Positions 17,030-25,444 of a stretch of DNA of 44,045 nucleotides are shown one piece after another. The notes below the pieces were generated by a model. That model did no database searches. It was not told where the DNA came from and worked only from the letters and a program-made list of their open reading frames with translations. Numbering within the stretch: position 1 is the first letter of the stretch; each line of letters starts with the position of its first letter. The translations under genes were made by a program, and so were the position numbers. The stretch lies in the NCBI GenBank assembly GCA_050697015.1, contig JBOGYZ010000326.1, forward strand, positions 1 through 44,045, in the 5' to 3' direction. The DNA comes from Solirubrobacterales bacterium (lineage in GTDB: Bacteria; Actinomycetota; Thermoleophilia; Solirubrobacterales; 70-9).

Positions 17030-18034
17030 ATGAGCGACGCTTACGCGAGATCCGGGGTCGACCAGGGCGCTGCCGACTCGGCGGTGGCCGGGCTGGTGCG
17101 GGCGCTGGGGAAGATCGAGCTCGGGCGGCCCTCGGCGCAGGTGCCGCTGCCGGGCCACTACGCAAGCGTGATCGAGGTGGCGCCGAACCTCGGCATCGCG
17201 CTCTCGACCGACGGGGTCGGGACCAAGCTGGTGCTGGCCGAAGCCCTGGGCAAGCTCGACACGGTCGGCATCGACTGCGTGGCGATGAACGTCAACGACG
17301 TGATCTGCGTCGGGGCGGAGCCGCTGGCGATGCTCGACTACATCGCGATCGACCGGGCGAACCCGGAGATCTGCGCAAGTCTCGGCGTCGGCCTGGCGCG
17401 CGGGGCGACCCTGGCCGGGATCGAGATCCCCGGCGGCGAGCTCGCCCAGCTCGGCGACATGGTCCACGGTGTCGACATCTCCGGCGCTTGCTTCGGCACC
17501 GTGGCGCTCGACGCGATCGTCGACGGCCGTCGCGTCGCGCCGGGCGACTCGATCATCGGCATCCCCTCCTCCGGCCTGCACTCGAACGGCTACACGCTGG
17601 CGCGCAAGGCGCTCGACGGGCTCGACATGGACGAGGACCCGGAGGGCCGCCTCGGCCGCTCGCTCGGCGAGGCCCTCCTCGAGCCGACCGTCATCTACGT
17701 CAAGCCGATCGTCGAGCTCCTGCGCTCCGAGGTCGACGTCCGCGGCCTTGCCCACATCACCTCCGGCGGGGTCAACAACCTCCTCCGCCTGGCGGCGCCG
17801 GTCGGCTACGAGATCGACGCGCCCCTCCCGATCCAGCCGATCTTCGAGCTGATCCGCGACCGGGGCGCAATCTCCGACGAGGAGATGCACGAGGTCTTCA
17901 ACATGGGCTGTGGCTTCTGCGTCGTCGTCCCCGAGAACGACGAGTCCCGCGCCCTCGACCTGCTGCGTACCCACCACCCCGGCGCCGCCCGCATCGGCCG
18001 AGTCACCGACGACTCCGGCCACGTCACCCGTTAG
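17030..18034 (+). CDS. purM: Phosphoribosylformylglycinamidine cyclo-ligase (AIR synthetase)
   Basis: 334 aa. Motifs: MSDAYARSGVD, LSTDGVGTKL, DCVAMNVNDV, GLHSNGYTLARK, HITSGG. Confidence 0.95.
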   Translation: MSDAYARSGVDQGAADSAVAGLVRALGKIELGRPSAQVPLPGHYASVIEVAPNLGIALSTDGVGTKLVLAEALGKLDTVGIDCVAMNVNDVICVGAEPLAMLDYIAIDRANPEICASLGVGLARGATLAGIEIPGGELAQLGDMVHGVDISGACFGTVALDAIVDGRRVAPGDSIIGIPSSGLHSNGYTLARKALDGLDMDEDPEGRLGRSLGEALLEPTVIYVKPIVELLRSEVDVRGLAHITSGGVNNLLRLAAPVGYEIDAPLPIQPIFELIRDRGAISDEEMHEVFNMGCGFCVVVPENDESRALDLLRTHHPGAARIGRVTDDSGHVTR

Positions 18035-18135
18035 CCGGCCTCAGTGCGTTCGCAGTAACCCGCGGATAGGGCGGAGAAGTTCGAACTCAGTCGGTGGGGA
18101 GCTGCCAGAGGGTGCCGGTCAGGGCGCTGGCCGGT

Positions 18136-18444
18136 TTAGGTGCCGGAAAACGGCGCCTCGGTCCATAGTCGAGGGTCGCACGGCATCCCCGTCCGACCGG
18201 CTACGTTGAGCCAGTGCGACATCAAGTCCGCAAAGCAGTCGGGGCCGCTGCCGATGCCCGCTTCGCTGTCCCGATAGGCCGAGCCGAAGCGGCGGGCGAG
18301 TCCGCCCATTCCCCAGATGAAGTTGAGCTCGCCGTCGAACTCGAATATCAACCTGCGCAGCGCCGGCTCGGCAGCCCACGACCAGGTGCAGGCGGGGTCG
18401 GAGTAGTAGCGAACCTCTACGGACACGTGCTCGACAATAATCAC
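18136..18444 (-). pseudogene. Truncated DsbA-like thioredoxin-fold gene remnant
   Basis: 102 aa: VEVRYYSDPACTWSWAAEP.. resembles the N-terminal half of ~210-aa DsbA-family proteins. The second active-site Cys is replaced (CTWS). The ORF ends about 100 nt from purM, with no continuation in any frame. Confidence 0.4.
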
Positions 18445-18476
18445 GCCTTGATCCCCCTCCCCACCCTCGCAGGCTG

Positions 18477-20024
18477 ATGCCTGACCGCCCCACCAGCTCG
18501 AAGATGATCGGCACCGTGCTCTCGGGCCGCTACCGGCTGGAGGCCAAACTCGGCTCGGGCGGCATGTCGACGGTCTACCTCGCCCGCGACACCACCCTCG
18601 ACCGCCCGGTCGCGGTGAAGGTCATGCACCGGGAGATGTCCGAGCAGGCCGACCAGCTCGAGCGCTTCCGCCAGGAGGCGCGCGCGGTCGCGAAGATCTC
18701 CCACCCCAATGTCGTCGCCGTGATCGACGCGGGCGAGGACGGCGGCTACCCCTACATCGTCTTCGAATACGTCGAAGGGGAGACGCTGAAGGCGCGGATC
18801 AACCGGGTGGGCGCGCTCGACGTGCAGGAATCGCTCGCCTACGCGATCGAGATCGCCCGCGGCCTCACCGTCGCCCACGCGCGCAAGATGGTCCACCGGG
18901 ACATCAAGCCGCAGAACGTCCTGATCGACGCCGAGGGGCGCGCCAAGCTCACCGACTTCGGCATCTCCCGCCAGCTGGAAAAGGACGGGCTGACGGCGAC
19001 CGGTCGCGTGCTCGGCACCACCGACTACGTCGCCCCCGAGCAGGCGATGGGACACGGTGCCGACCAGCGCTCCGACCTCTATTCGCTCGGCGTCGTCCTC
19101 TTCGAGATGCTCACCGGCCACGTCCCCTTCTCGGCCGACAGCCAGGTCGGCGTGGCGATGAAACACGTCAACGAGGAGCTGCCCGACGTGCAGGCCGACC
19201 GCCCGGAACTGTCGGCGGCGACGGCGCTGGTGGTCGAGCGGGCGACGGCCAAGGATCCGACCAAGCGCTACGCCGACGTCGGCGAGATGATCGACGACCT
19301 CTCCACCGCGCTCGAGGTCGAGGCGGCGCGCGCGGGGTCCACCACGGGCGAGGCGACCAGCGTGCTGGACGCGCTGCCGCCGGCCCAGCGCAAACTGTCC
19401 CGCCGAGCGACCTGGTCCTGGGTGGCGATCCTGGCGGCCATCATGATCGCCGCTGCGGTCCTCCTGGCGACCCAGTTGATCGGCAACGGCAACGTAGGGA
19501 ACGGCGGCAACCCTGGGAACGGCGGCAACGGCGGAGGCGGCGGGAAGACCGCCGAACACCAGGTCGCGATCGAAGAAGCGACCGACTACGACCCCGAGGG
19601 CGACGGCGAAGAGGATCCGGAAACCGTCGGGCTGGCGGTCGACGGCAACCCGACCGGAACCGCCTGGTCGAGCGAGCACTACGACACCGACACCTTCGCG
19701 GGGACCAAGGAAGGCCCGAACCCCGGCGTCGGCCTCTACGTCACCACCCAGGCGGCGGTGACGCCGAACACGATGAAGATCATCACCCCGACGCCGGGCT
19801 GGGACGCCCAGATCTACGCCGCCGCCTCCGGCCCGCCCGAAGAAATCGAAGAATGGGGCGAAGCGATCGGCGAGGTGACGAACGCCTCAAAGGAAGAAGA
19901 AGTCCAGCTCCACCTCGGCCAGGCCGCCAAATACTTCCTGATCTGGTTCACCAAAGCCTCACCCGCGAGCGATCAGGAAGGCCGCTTCCAGGTCGAAATC
20001 TCCGACGTGAAGCTGTTCGAATAG
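18477..20024 (+). CDS. Hanks-type Ser/Thr protein kinase with TM segment and extracellular C-terminal domain
   Basis: Motifs: GSGGMSTVY, VAVKV, VHRDIKPQNVLI, LTDFGISR, GTTDYVAPEQ. A TM segment (WSWVAILAAIMIAAAVLLA) is followed by an N/G-rich linker and a ~150-aa ectodomain. Confidence 0.9.
   Translation: MPDRPTSSKMIGTVLSGRYRLEAKLGSGGMSTVYLARDTTLDRPVAVKVMHREMSEQADQLERFRQEARAVAKISHPNVVAVIDAGEDGGYPYIVFEYVEGETLKARINRVGALDVQESLAYAIEIARGLTVAHARKMVHRDIKPQNVLIDAEGRAKLTDFGISRQLEKDGLTATGRVLGTTDYVAPEQAMGHGADQRSDLYSLGVVLFEMLTGHVPFSADSQVGVAMKHVNEELPDVQADRPELSAATALVVERATAKDPTKRYADVGEMIDDLSTALEVEAARAGSTTGEATSVLDALPPAQRKLSRRATWSWVAILAAIMIAAAVLLATQLIGNGNVGNGGNPGNGGNGGGGGKTAEHQVAIEEATDYDPEGDGEEDPETVGLAVDGNPTGTAWSSEHYDTDTFAGTKEGPNPGVGLYVTTQAAVTPNTMKIITPTPGWDAQIYAAASGPPEEIEEWGEAIGEVTNASKEEEVQLHLGQAAKYFLIWFTKASPASDQEGRFQVEISDVKLFE
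19494..19529 (+). repeat. 18-bp tandem duplication inside the kinase linker (VGNGGN/PGNGGN)
   Basis: gtagggaacggcggcaac / cctgggaacggcggcaac, 15 of 18 positions identical and directly adjacent. Confidence 0.85.
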
Positions 20025-20123
20025 CCCCTAGTCACTCACCGAAAGACCCCGCTTGGGTCGCCGACGATACGTCGGCCGCCAGAGAAGATCGCCGGGCCCC
20101 CGCAGATTCAGGATGCCCGATGG

Positions 20124-20471
20124 CTAAGCCGCTGCCATCTCGCCAGTCGGCGAGTCGGACACATCTTCGCGAGACTCGACACTGCTGCGAACCATTTCGA
20201 GATCGGTCTCCCGCTCGATGATGGCGATCACTTCAGCAATGCGCTGGTGAATCTCGGCATCGGTGGTTCCCATGACGTTAAACCGCAGCTTGATCGAGCA
20301 CGTCGCCATGTTCAGCGCGACGACCGGACCGAGTGCCAGGTCGGAAGCGTGATCCTCGAGGGCATCGATGACATCGTCGGAGTTTGCGTCCAAGACCTCC
20401 TCCGACATCGGGTCGGCCATGTGCATCTCCAAGAGAACGTGGGCCTCGCGGTCCCGCTTGCTGCTCGCCAT
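20124..20471 (-). CDS. Small acidic hypothetical protein
   Basis: 115 aa, D/E-rich. The ATG is preceded by AAGGAG, which lies right after the stop of the upstream small gene (13-nt gap). Lower GC than the flanks. Confidence 0.55.
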   Translation of the reverse strand: MASSKRDREAHVLLEMHMADPMSEEVLDANSDDVIDALEDHASDLALGPVVALNMATCSIKLRFNVMGTTDAEIHQRIAEVIAIIERETDLEMVRSSVESREDVSDSPTGEMAAA

Positions 20472-20484
20472 CAGCTCCTTGACT

Positions 20485-20826
20485 TTACACGTCGAGCCCT
20501 GCGGCTCGCAGGGCAGCTTTGGTGTTTTCCAACGTCCGGCTACTACTGGGCGTCATTGGGATCTTGACCCTATCGCTGTCGGGATCGGGTGGGGAGACAT
20601 AGATGTACTTGCGACGCTTCTCACATTTCCAGCCAGCGGCCCACGCTGCCTTGACAAGGAGCCGGTAGTCCTTCTTCGGGTGATTTGGACAGTTTGCATC
20701 GGGGTTTTCGACCCGCCACGGGTGGGGTTCAGGAGGTTTTTTGACCTTCGATTTGGGCTTGGACATCAGGGGCTTCGATCCTTCCGTCCGGATGCCCTGC
20801 AAATCTGTTGCGAGAGAGAGCGACAT
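20485..20826 (-). CDS. Small basic protein with a HicA-like (YcfA/dsRBD-like) C-terminal layout
   Basis: 113 aa; the alternative start MSKPKSK at 20766 gives 93 aa. The N-terminus is Lys-rich. The C-terminal KDYRLLVKAAWAAGWKCEKRRKYIYVSPP..RVKIPMTP..TLENTKAALRAAGL mirrors the helix-strand-strand-helix order of HicA toxins but lacks the catalytic His. Confidence 0.45.
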   Translation of the reverse strand: MSLSLATDLQGIRTEGSKPLMSKPKSKVKKPPEPHPWRVENPDANCPNHPKKDYRLLVKAAWAAGWKCEKRRKYIYVSPPDPDSDRVKIPMTPSSSRTLENTKAALRAAGLDV

Positions 20827-20854
20827 CGACGGACTTCTTCATTATTCGATTTAC

Positions 20855-20882
20855 GAAAACCCGCCCGGCCAGGCGGGTTTTC
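20855..20882. terminator. Bidirectional intrinsic-terminator-like hairpin
   Basis: gaaaacccgcc-cggcca-ggcgggttttc: perfect 11-bp stem, 6-nt loop, with an A-tract before and a T-tract after on both strands. Confidence 0.6.
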
Positions 20883-21026
20883 TTGCTGTCGGGAAGCTAT
20901 TGGGCGAGGCGGACGGCTTTCGAGTAATGAATCGACCGAGTACTCGACAGAGATGTCGCTAAACCGAACGCGGAACCCGACCGCTGCCATGCGGCGCAAA
21001 TCCACTTCGCGCTCTCGGTCCTTTCC

Positions 21027-21050
21027 AAAAAAGCCGGTAGACGTACCGAC
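21027..21050 (-). terminator. Intrinsic terminator of ddl
   Basis: The minus-strand RNA GUCGGUA-CGUC-UACCGGC forms a 7-bp stem with one G-U pair, followed by UUUUUU. It starts 10 nt after the ddl stop. Confidence 0.7.
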
Positions 21051-21059
21051 CCGAGAGGC

Positions 21060-22025
21060 TCAGAACTCGTAGGAGCGGGCGCGCTGGTGGCGCTCGATCG
21101 CGAGGGTGACGAGGCGGTCGCAGAGGTCCGGGTAGGAGAGGCCGTCGGCCTCGAGGAGCTTCGCGTAGACGCTCGTCTCGGTGAAGCCGGGCATCGTGTT
21201 GATCTCGTTGACGAGCACCGTGCCGTCGGGCTCGACGAAGAAGTCGCAGCGGGCGAGGCCGGAGCAGCCGGCCAGGCGGAAGACCTCGGCGGCGAGCTCG
21301 CGCACGCGGGTCGTCTCGATCTCCGAGATCGGCGCCGGGACCGCCAGGTCCATGCCGCCCTCCGCGTACTTCGCCTCGTAGTCGTACCACTGGGCGTGGG
21401 CGAGGATCTCCCCTGGCATCGACGTCCGCGGGTCCTCGTTGCCGAGCACCGAGCACTCGATCTCGCGGCCATGGGCGGAGGCCTCGACGATCACCCGCGG
21501 GTCGTGCCGCAGTGCCGTCTCGATCGCCGCGTCGAGCGCGGTGAGATCCTCGATCCGGGTGATGCCGACGCTCGAGCCCATCCGCGAGGGCTTCACCCAG
21601 AGCGGCGTGTCAAGCTCGGCGCAGCGCTCCCGCCAGCCCTCCTCGCCGACCTCGACGAAGTCCACCTGTGGGATCCCCTGCCCCGCCAGGATCCGCTTCA
21701 GCGTGAGCTTGTCCAGGCAGGTCGCCGAGGCCAGCACGTCGGAGCCGACGTAGGGCAGGTCGAGCATCTCCAGCAGGCCCTGCATGCTGCCGTCCTCGCC
21801 GAAGGGGCCGTGGAGGACGGGGAAGACGACGTCGGCGCCGAGCAAGCCGCCACCGGGGACCAGCTCCACCGCCGCGCCCGCGGCGCTCCAGCGCCCGTCA
21901 CGGCCGATCCGCACCTCGACCACCTCATGCCCGCCTTCCTCCAGGCCTTTCATCACCGACGCGCCGGAGTTGAGCGAGACCTCGTGCTCGGAGGAGCGGC
22001 CGCCGCTCAGCACCGCCACCCTCAC
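21060..22025 (-). CDS. ddl: D-alanine--D-alanine ligase
   Basis: 321 aa from GTG 22025, in a GTGA overlap with the pknB stop. Motifs: VAVLSGGRSSEHEVSL, FPVLHGPFGEDGSMQGLLE, LWVKPSRMGSSVG, EINTMPGFT. The upstream 327 aa of the ORF are rejected. Confidence 0.95.
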   Translation of the reverse strand: MRVAVLSGGRSSEHEVSLNSGASVMKGLEEGGHEVVEVRIGRDGRWSAAGAAVELVPGGGLLGADVVFPVLHGPFGEDGSMQGLLEMLDLPYVGSDVLASATCLDKLTLKRILAGQGIPQVDFVEVGEEGWRERCAELDTPLWVKPSRMGSSVGITRIEDLTALDAAIETALRHDPRVIVEASAHGREIECSVLGNEDPRTSMPGEILAHAQWYDYEAKYAEGGMDLAVPAPISEIETTRVRELAAEVFRLAGCSGLARCDFFVEPDGTVLVNEINTMPGFTETSVYAKLLEADGLSYPDLCDRLVTLAIERHQRARSYEF

Positions 22026-23941
22026 GGTTCGTTCCCTTCTCCTTCGAGGCCTTCGGCTTCTTCGGGTTCTTCTTCTTCCGGGACGACCGCGGCGCGCTTG
22101 CCGACGATCAGCGTCACTTCCGAGCCCGGCGTCAATTCGGTGCCGCCGTGCGGGGACTGGCGCGTCACCACGCCGATCTTCGCTTCGTTGCGCGTTTCTT
22201 CTTCCTCGACCACCGGGGACAGGCCGGCGGCGCGCACTTCTTCCACCGCTTCGCGACGTTCGAGGCCGACCACGCCCGGCATCTTCTTCGTTTCCCGCCC
22301 GGAGGAGACGACGATCTGCACGGTCGCCCCCGGTTCCAGTTCCTGGCCGGCGCTCGGCGACTGGCGCAGCACGCGCCCGACGGGCTGGTTCGATTCCTCT
22401 TCGCCGACTTCCGGCGTCAGTCCGCGCGCGCGGATTTCCTGCACCGCGAGGCGCCGCTGCTTGTCGACCAGGACCGGGACCTTGACCAGCTTCGGCCCGG
22501 TCGAGATGAAGAGCGTCACGGTCGAGCCGTGGATGGCGACCGAACCCCCGGGCGGTTCGGTCTTCACCACGTCGCCTTCTTCGACTTCCTTCGAGTTGAT
22601 GCTTTCGGTCGCGACTTCGAATTCGGCGGCTTCCAGTTTCTTCGTCGCTTCGGCGCGGCTGAGGCCGTTGACCCTCGGCACCGCGCCTTCGCCCGGCCCG
22701 ATGCTGATCGTCAGCGTCACCCCCGGCTTCGAGCAGAAGAGAGTGAGGAACGAGCAGTCTTCTTCGGCCTCCTTGCCGGGCGGCGCGGGCGAGGGATCTT
22801 GCTCGAGTACGGTCCCCGCCTCGACCTGCCGATGCACCTGCTTGGGCGGCTGGTTCACCGTGAAGCCGCGCTGTTCGAGGATTTCTTCGGCCCGCTGCAG
22901 GCTGCGGCCTTCGACGCTCGGCACCGGGGTGGTCGGGTTGGAGCGGCCGGCGAAGATGCCGATCAGCGCGCCGATCAGGATCGCCACCAGGGCGGCGAGG
23001 ATCCACCAGTTGCGCCGCCGCTTGCGCTTCGCCTCGGGGTCCTCCTCGCCCTCCTCCACGGGAACCGCGACGACCGGCGGCAGTGCCGCGAAGGACGTGG
23101 TCCCCCGCCCGGCGCCGCCCGGTTCGCGCATCGCCTGGTCGAGCGCGGCGATGAAGGCGTCGGCGCTCTGGAAGCGCTGCCCGGGGTCCTTCTCCAGCGC
23201 CCGCATCACCACCGCATCGAGCGCCGGGCTGACCCGCGGCTGGATCGAGCTCGGCCGCTGCGGCATCTGCGAGACCTGTTTCATCGCCACCGCGACCGCC
23301 GATTCCCCCTCGAACGGAACTCGCCCGGTGAGCGCCTCATAGAGCATCACGCCGATCGAGTAGAGGTCGGACACGGCGGTGACTTCGAAGCCCTGGGCCT
23401 GCTCCGGCGAGAGGTAGTGCGGCGTCCCCATCACCGAGCCGGTCTGGGTGATCTCCGAGACGCCGGCGCGGGCGATACCGAAATCGGTGACGACCGCCTT
23501 GCCCTCCGGGTCGACGATCACGTTCTGGGGCTTCAGGTCGCGGTGGACGATCCCCTGGCGGTGCGCGTACCCGGCCGCCTGCAGGACCTGGCGGATCACC
23601 GCGACCCCCTGCTCGACCGTGATCCCGGAGTCGATCAGCTGCTTCAGCGTCGGCCCCTCCACGTACTGCATGGCGATGTAGTAGGTGCCTTCCCATTCGC
23701 CGCGGTCGAAGACGGCGACGATGTTCGGGTGCTGCAATCCGGCGGCCGACTCGGCCTCGCGCTGGAAGCGCATCACGAACTCGCGGTCCTGGGCGAGCCG
23801 CGTGTGCAGGACCTTCAGCGCGATCCGCCGCTGAAGGTGGGTGTCCTCGGCAAGCCAGACGTCGGCCATGCCGCCGCCGCCGATCTTCGAAAGCACCGAA
23901 TAACGCCCGTCGACGACCGAGCCGACCTCGACCTCAGCCAC
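22022..23941 (-). CDS. pknB: PASTA-domain Ser/Thr protein kinase
   Basis: 639 aa. Motifs: GGGGMADVW, ALKVL, VHRDLKPQNVIV, VTDFGIARA, GTPHYLSPEQ. A TM segment (WWILAALVAILIGALIGIFAG) is followed by three to four PASTA-like repeats (VPSVEGRS.., VPRVNGLS.., VPVLVDKQ.., MPGVVGLE..). Confidence 0.95.
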   Translation of the reverse strand: MAEVEVGSVVDGRYSVLSKIGGGGMADVWLAEDTHLQRRIALKVLHTRLAQDREFVMRFQREAESAAGLQHPNIVAVFDRGEWEGTYYIAMQYVEGPTLKQLIDSGITVEQGVAVIRQVLQAAGYAHRQGIVHRDLKPQNVIVDPEGKAVVTDFGIARAGVSEITQTGSVMGTPHYLSPEQAQGFEVTAVSDLYSIGVMLYEALTGRVPFEGESAVAVAMKQVSQMPQRPSSIQPRVSPALDAVVMRALEKDPGQRFQSADAFIAALDQAMREPGGAGRGTTSFAALPPVVAVPVEEGEEDPEAKRKRRRNWWILAALVAILIGALIGIFAGRSNPTTPVPSVEGRSLQRAEEILEQRGFTVNQPPKQVHRQVEAGTVLEQDPSPAPPGKEAEEDCSFLTLFCSKPGVTLTISIGPGEGAVPRVNGLSRAEATKKLEAAEFEVATESINSKEVEEGDVVKTEPPGGSVAIHGSTVTLFISTGPKLVKVPVLVDKQRRLAVQEIRARGLTPEVGEEESNQPVGRVLRQSPSAGQELEPGATVQIVVSSGRETKKMPGVVGLERREAVEEVRAAGLSPVVEEEETRNEAKIGVVTRQSPHGGTELTPGSEVTLIVGKRAAVVPEEEEPEEAEGLEGEGNEP

Positions 23942-23980
23942 GCTTCTCCCCTTTCGTGATCACCTTGTCAGCCATCGTCC

Positions 23981-25444
23981 TCATTCGCCGTTCAGGATCG
24001 TTTCGGCCACGTCGCGAAAGATCGGTGCGGCCACATCACCACCGAATTCTTCGGTGCAGGACACCGTCGCGGCGATCGCGATCTTCGGATTGTCGGCAGG
24101 CGCGAAGCCGACGAACCAGGCCTGGTTCTCCGCTTCGCCGCCGCCGCACTCCTTGTTGTTCGGCGTTTCCGCCGTGCCGGTCTTGCCCGCCACCGGAACA
24201 CCGGAGATCGCGGCGTTGGTCCCGGTGCCTTCGTCGACCACGCCTTCCATCGCCGTGGTCAGCTCTTCCGCCGTCTTGGACGAGATCGGTTCGCCGTAGA
24301 CGCTCGGGCTCATCTTCTTGGTGACGCTTCCGTCGACGTTCACCACGCGGCTCCAGATCTGCGGCTTCATCAACTTCCCGTGGTTGGCGACGGCGGCGAC
24401 CACCATCGCCATCTGCAGCGGCGTCACCGCGAGGCGCTCCTGGCCGATCGCCACGCGCGCCAGGTCGACCGGGTCGTTACGGGTCAGGAGTTCGTTCTTT
24501 TCGAGATCGAGGACGCCGCTCGCCGAGAGTTCATCTTCGGGCAGGTCGATCGGCGGCTTCGTGTTGAAGCCGAACTTTTCCATCATCGAGAAGAGCTTGT
24601 TCTGGCCGACTTTCTGGCCCAGCTGCCCGAACCAGGTGTTGACCGAGTTGGTCAGCGCGGTATCGAGGGAGATGCTGCCCCAGTCTTGATCGAAGTCGTT
24701 GGCGAGAACGTGGCCTTCGTCGATGATCGAGCCCGGCGCGTTGATCGTCGTTTCCGGCGTGATCAACCCGGATTCCAGCCCCGCCGCCGCGGTCACGACC
24801 TTGAAGGTGGAGCCGGGCGGGAAAGTGGCCTGGGTCGCACGGCTGAAAAGCGGCGTCCGGACTTCCTGTTCGTTCCACTTTTCGAGGTTCTTCGGGATCG
24901 CGTTCGGGTTGAAGCCCGGATTCGCCGCCACCACCTTGACCTTGCCGGTGCTCGGTTCGATCGCCACCACAGCGCCGTAGCCTGCGCTTTCGAGGTCGTG
25001 CATCGCCACTTCCTGCGCCTTCGGATCGAGGCTCGTGACGATCTGTTCGCCTTCCTGCTTCTTCCCGCTCAACTGATCGATGATCGTCCCGAATTCCGAT
25101 TCTTCGCCGGTCAGTTCCTCGTTGTGGTACTTCTCGAACTCGGTCTGCCCGTATTTCACGTAGCTGTAGCCGATCGGATGGCCGAAGAGCGAGCCCATCG
25201 GATAACGGCGGATGAAGCGCCTGCCGGTTCCATGGCCCTTGGAGTAGGACTTCGCGATCACCGACCCGTCGTCGGCCAAGATCCGCCCACGCGGGATCTG
25301 CTGCTGCTCCAACAGCGGCCGCTGGTTGTATTTCTGTTCCTTCAACGCCTTGGCGTCGAAGACCGACCACCAGGACGTGAAGCCGATCAGGATCGCGAAG
25401 AGGACGATGATGAAGCCGAAGAGCTTGATGATCTGGCGGTTCAC
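23981..25444 (-). CDS. pbpA: Class B penicillin-binding protein (transpeptidase)
   Basis: 487 aa with an N-terminal TM. Motifs: STFK (PGSTFKVVTAA), SxN (TNSVNTWF), KTGT (AGKTGTAE). Confidence 0.95.
   Translation of the reverse strand: MNRQIIKLFGFIIVLFAILIGFTSWWSVFDAKALKEQKYNQRPLLEQQQIPRGRILADDGSVIAKSYSKGHGTGRRFIRRYPMGSLFGHPIGYSYVKYGQTEFEKYHNEELTGEESEFGTIIDQLSGKKQEGEQIVTSLDPKAQEVAMHDLESAGYGAVVAIEPSTGKVKVVAANPGFNPNAIPKNLEKWNEQEVRTPLFSRATQATFPPGSTFKVVTAAAGLESGLITPETTINAPGSIIDEGHVLANDFDQDWGSISLDTALTNSVNTWFGQLGQKVGQNKLFSMMEKFGFNTKPPIDLPEDELSASGVLDLEKNELLTRNDPVDLARVAIGQERLAVTPLQMAMVVAAVANHGKLMKPQIWSRVVNVDGSVTKKMSPSVYGEPISSKTAEELTTAMEGVVDEGTGTNAAISGVPVAGKTGTAETPNNKECGGGEAENQAWFVGFAPADNPKIAIAATVSCTEEFGGDVAAPIFRDVAETILNGE

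Noticed and set aside
16086-18022. Minus-strand ORFs of 359 aa and 345 aa opposite uppP and purM
   Set aside because: They are shadow ORFs. uppP and purM have diagnostic motifs on the plus strand.
18070-18095. tRNA T-loop-like string GAAGTTCGAACTC
   Set aside because: No acceptor stem, D-arm or anticodon arm can be built around it. I found no tRNA or rRNA genes anywhere in the window.
21087-23959. Long plus-strand ORFs (751 aa and 603 aa) opposite ddl and pknB
   Set aside because: These are shadow frames of strongly supported minus-strand genes. The composition is Arg/Pro/Ala-biased and no motif is recognisable.
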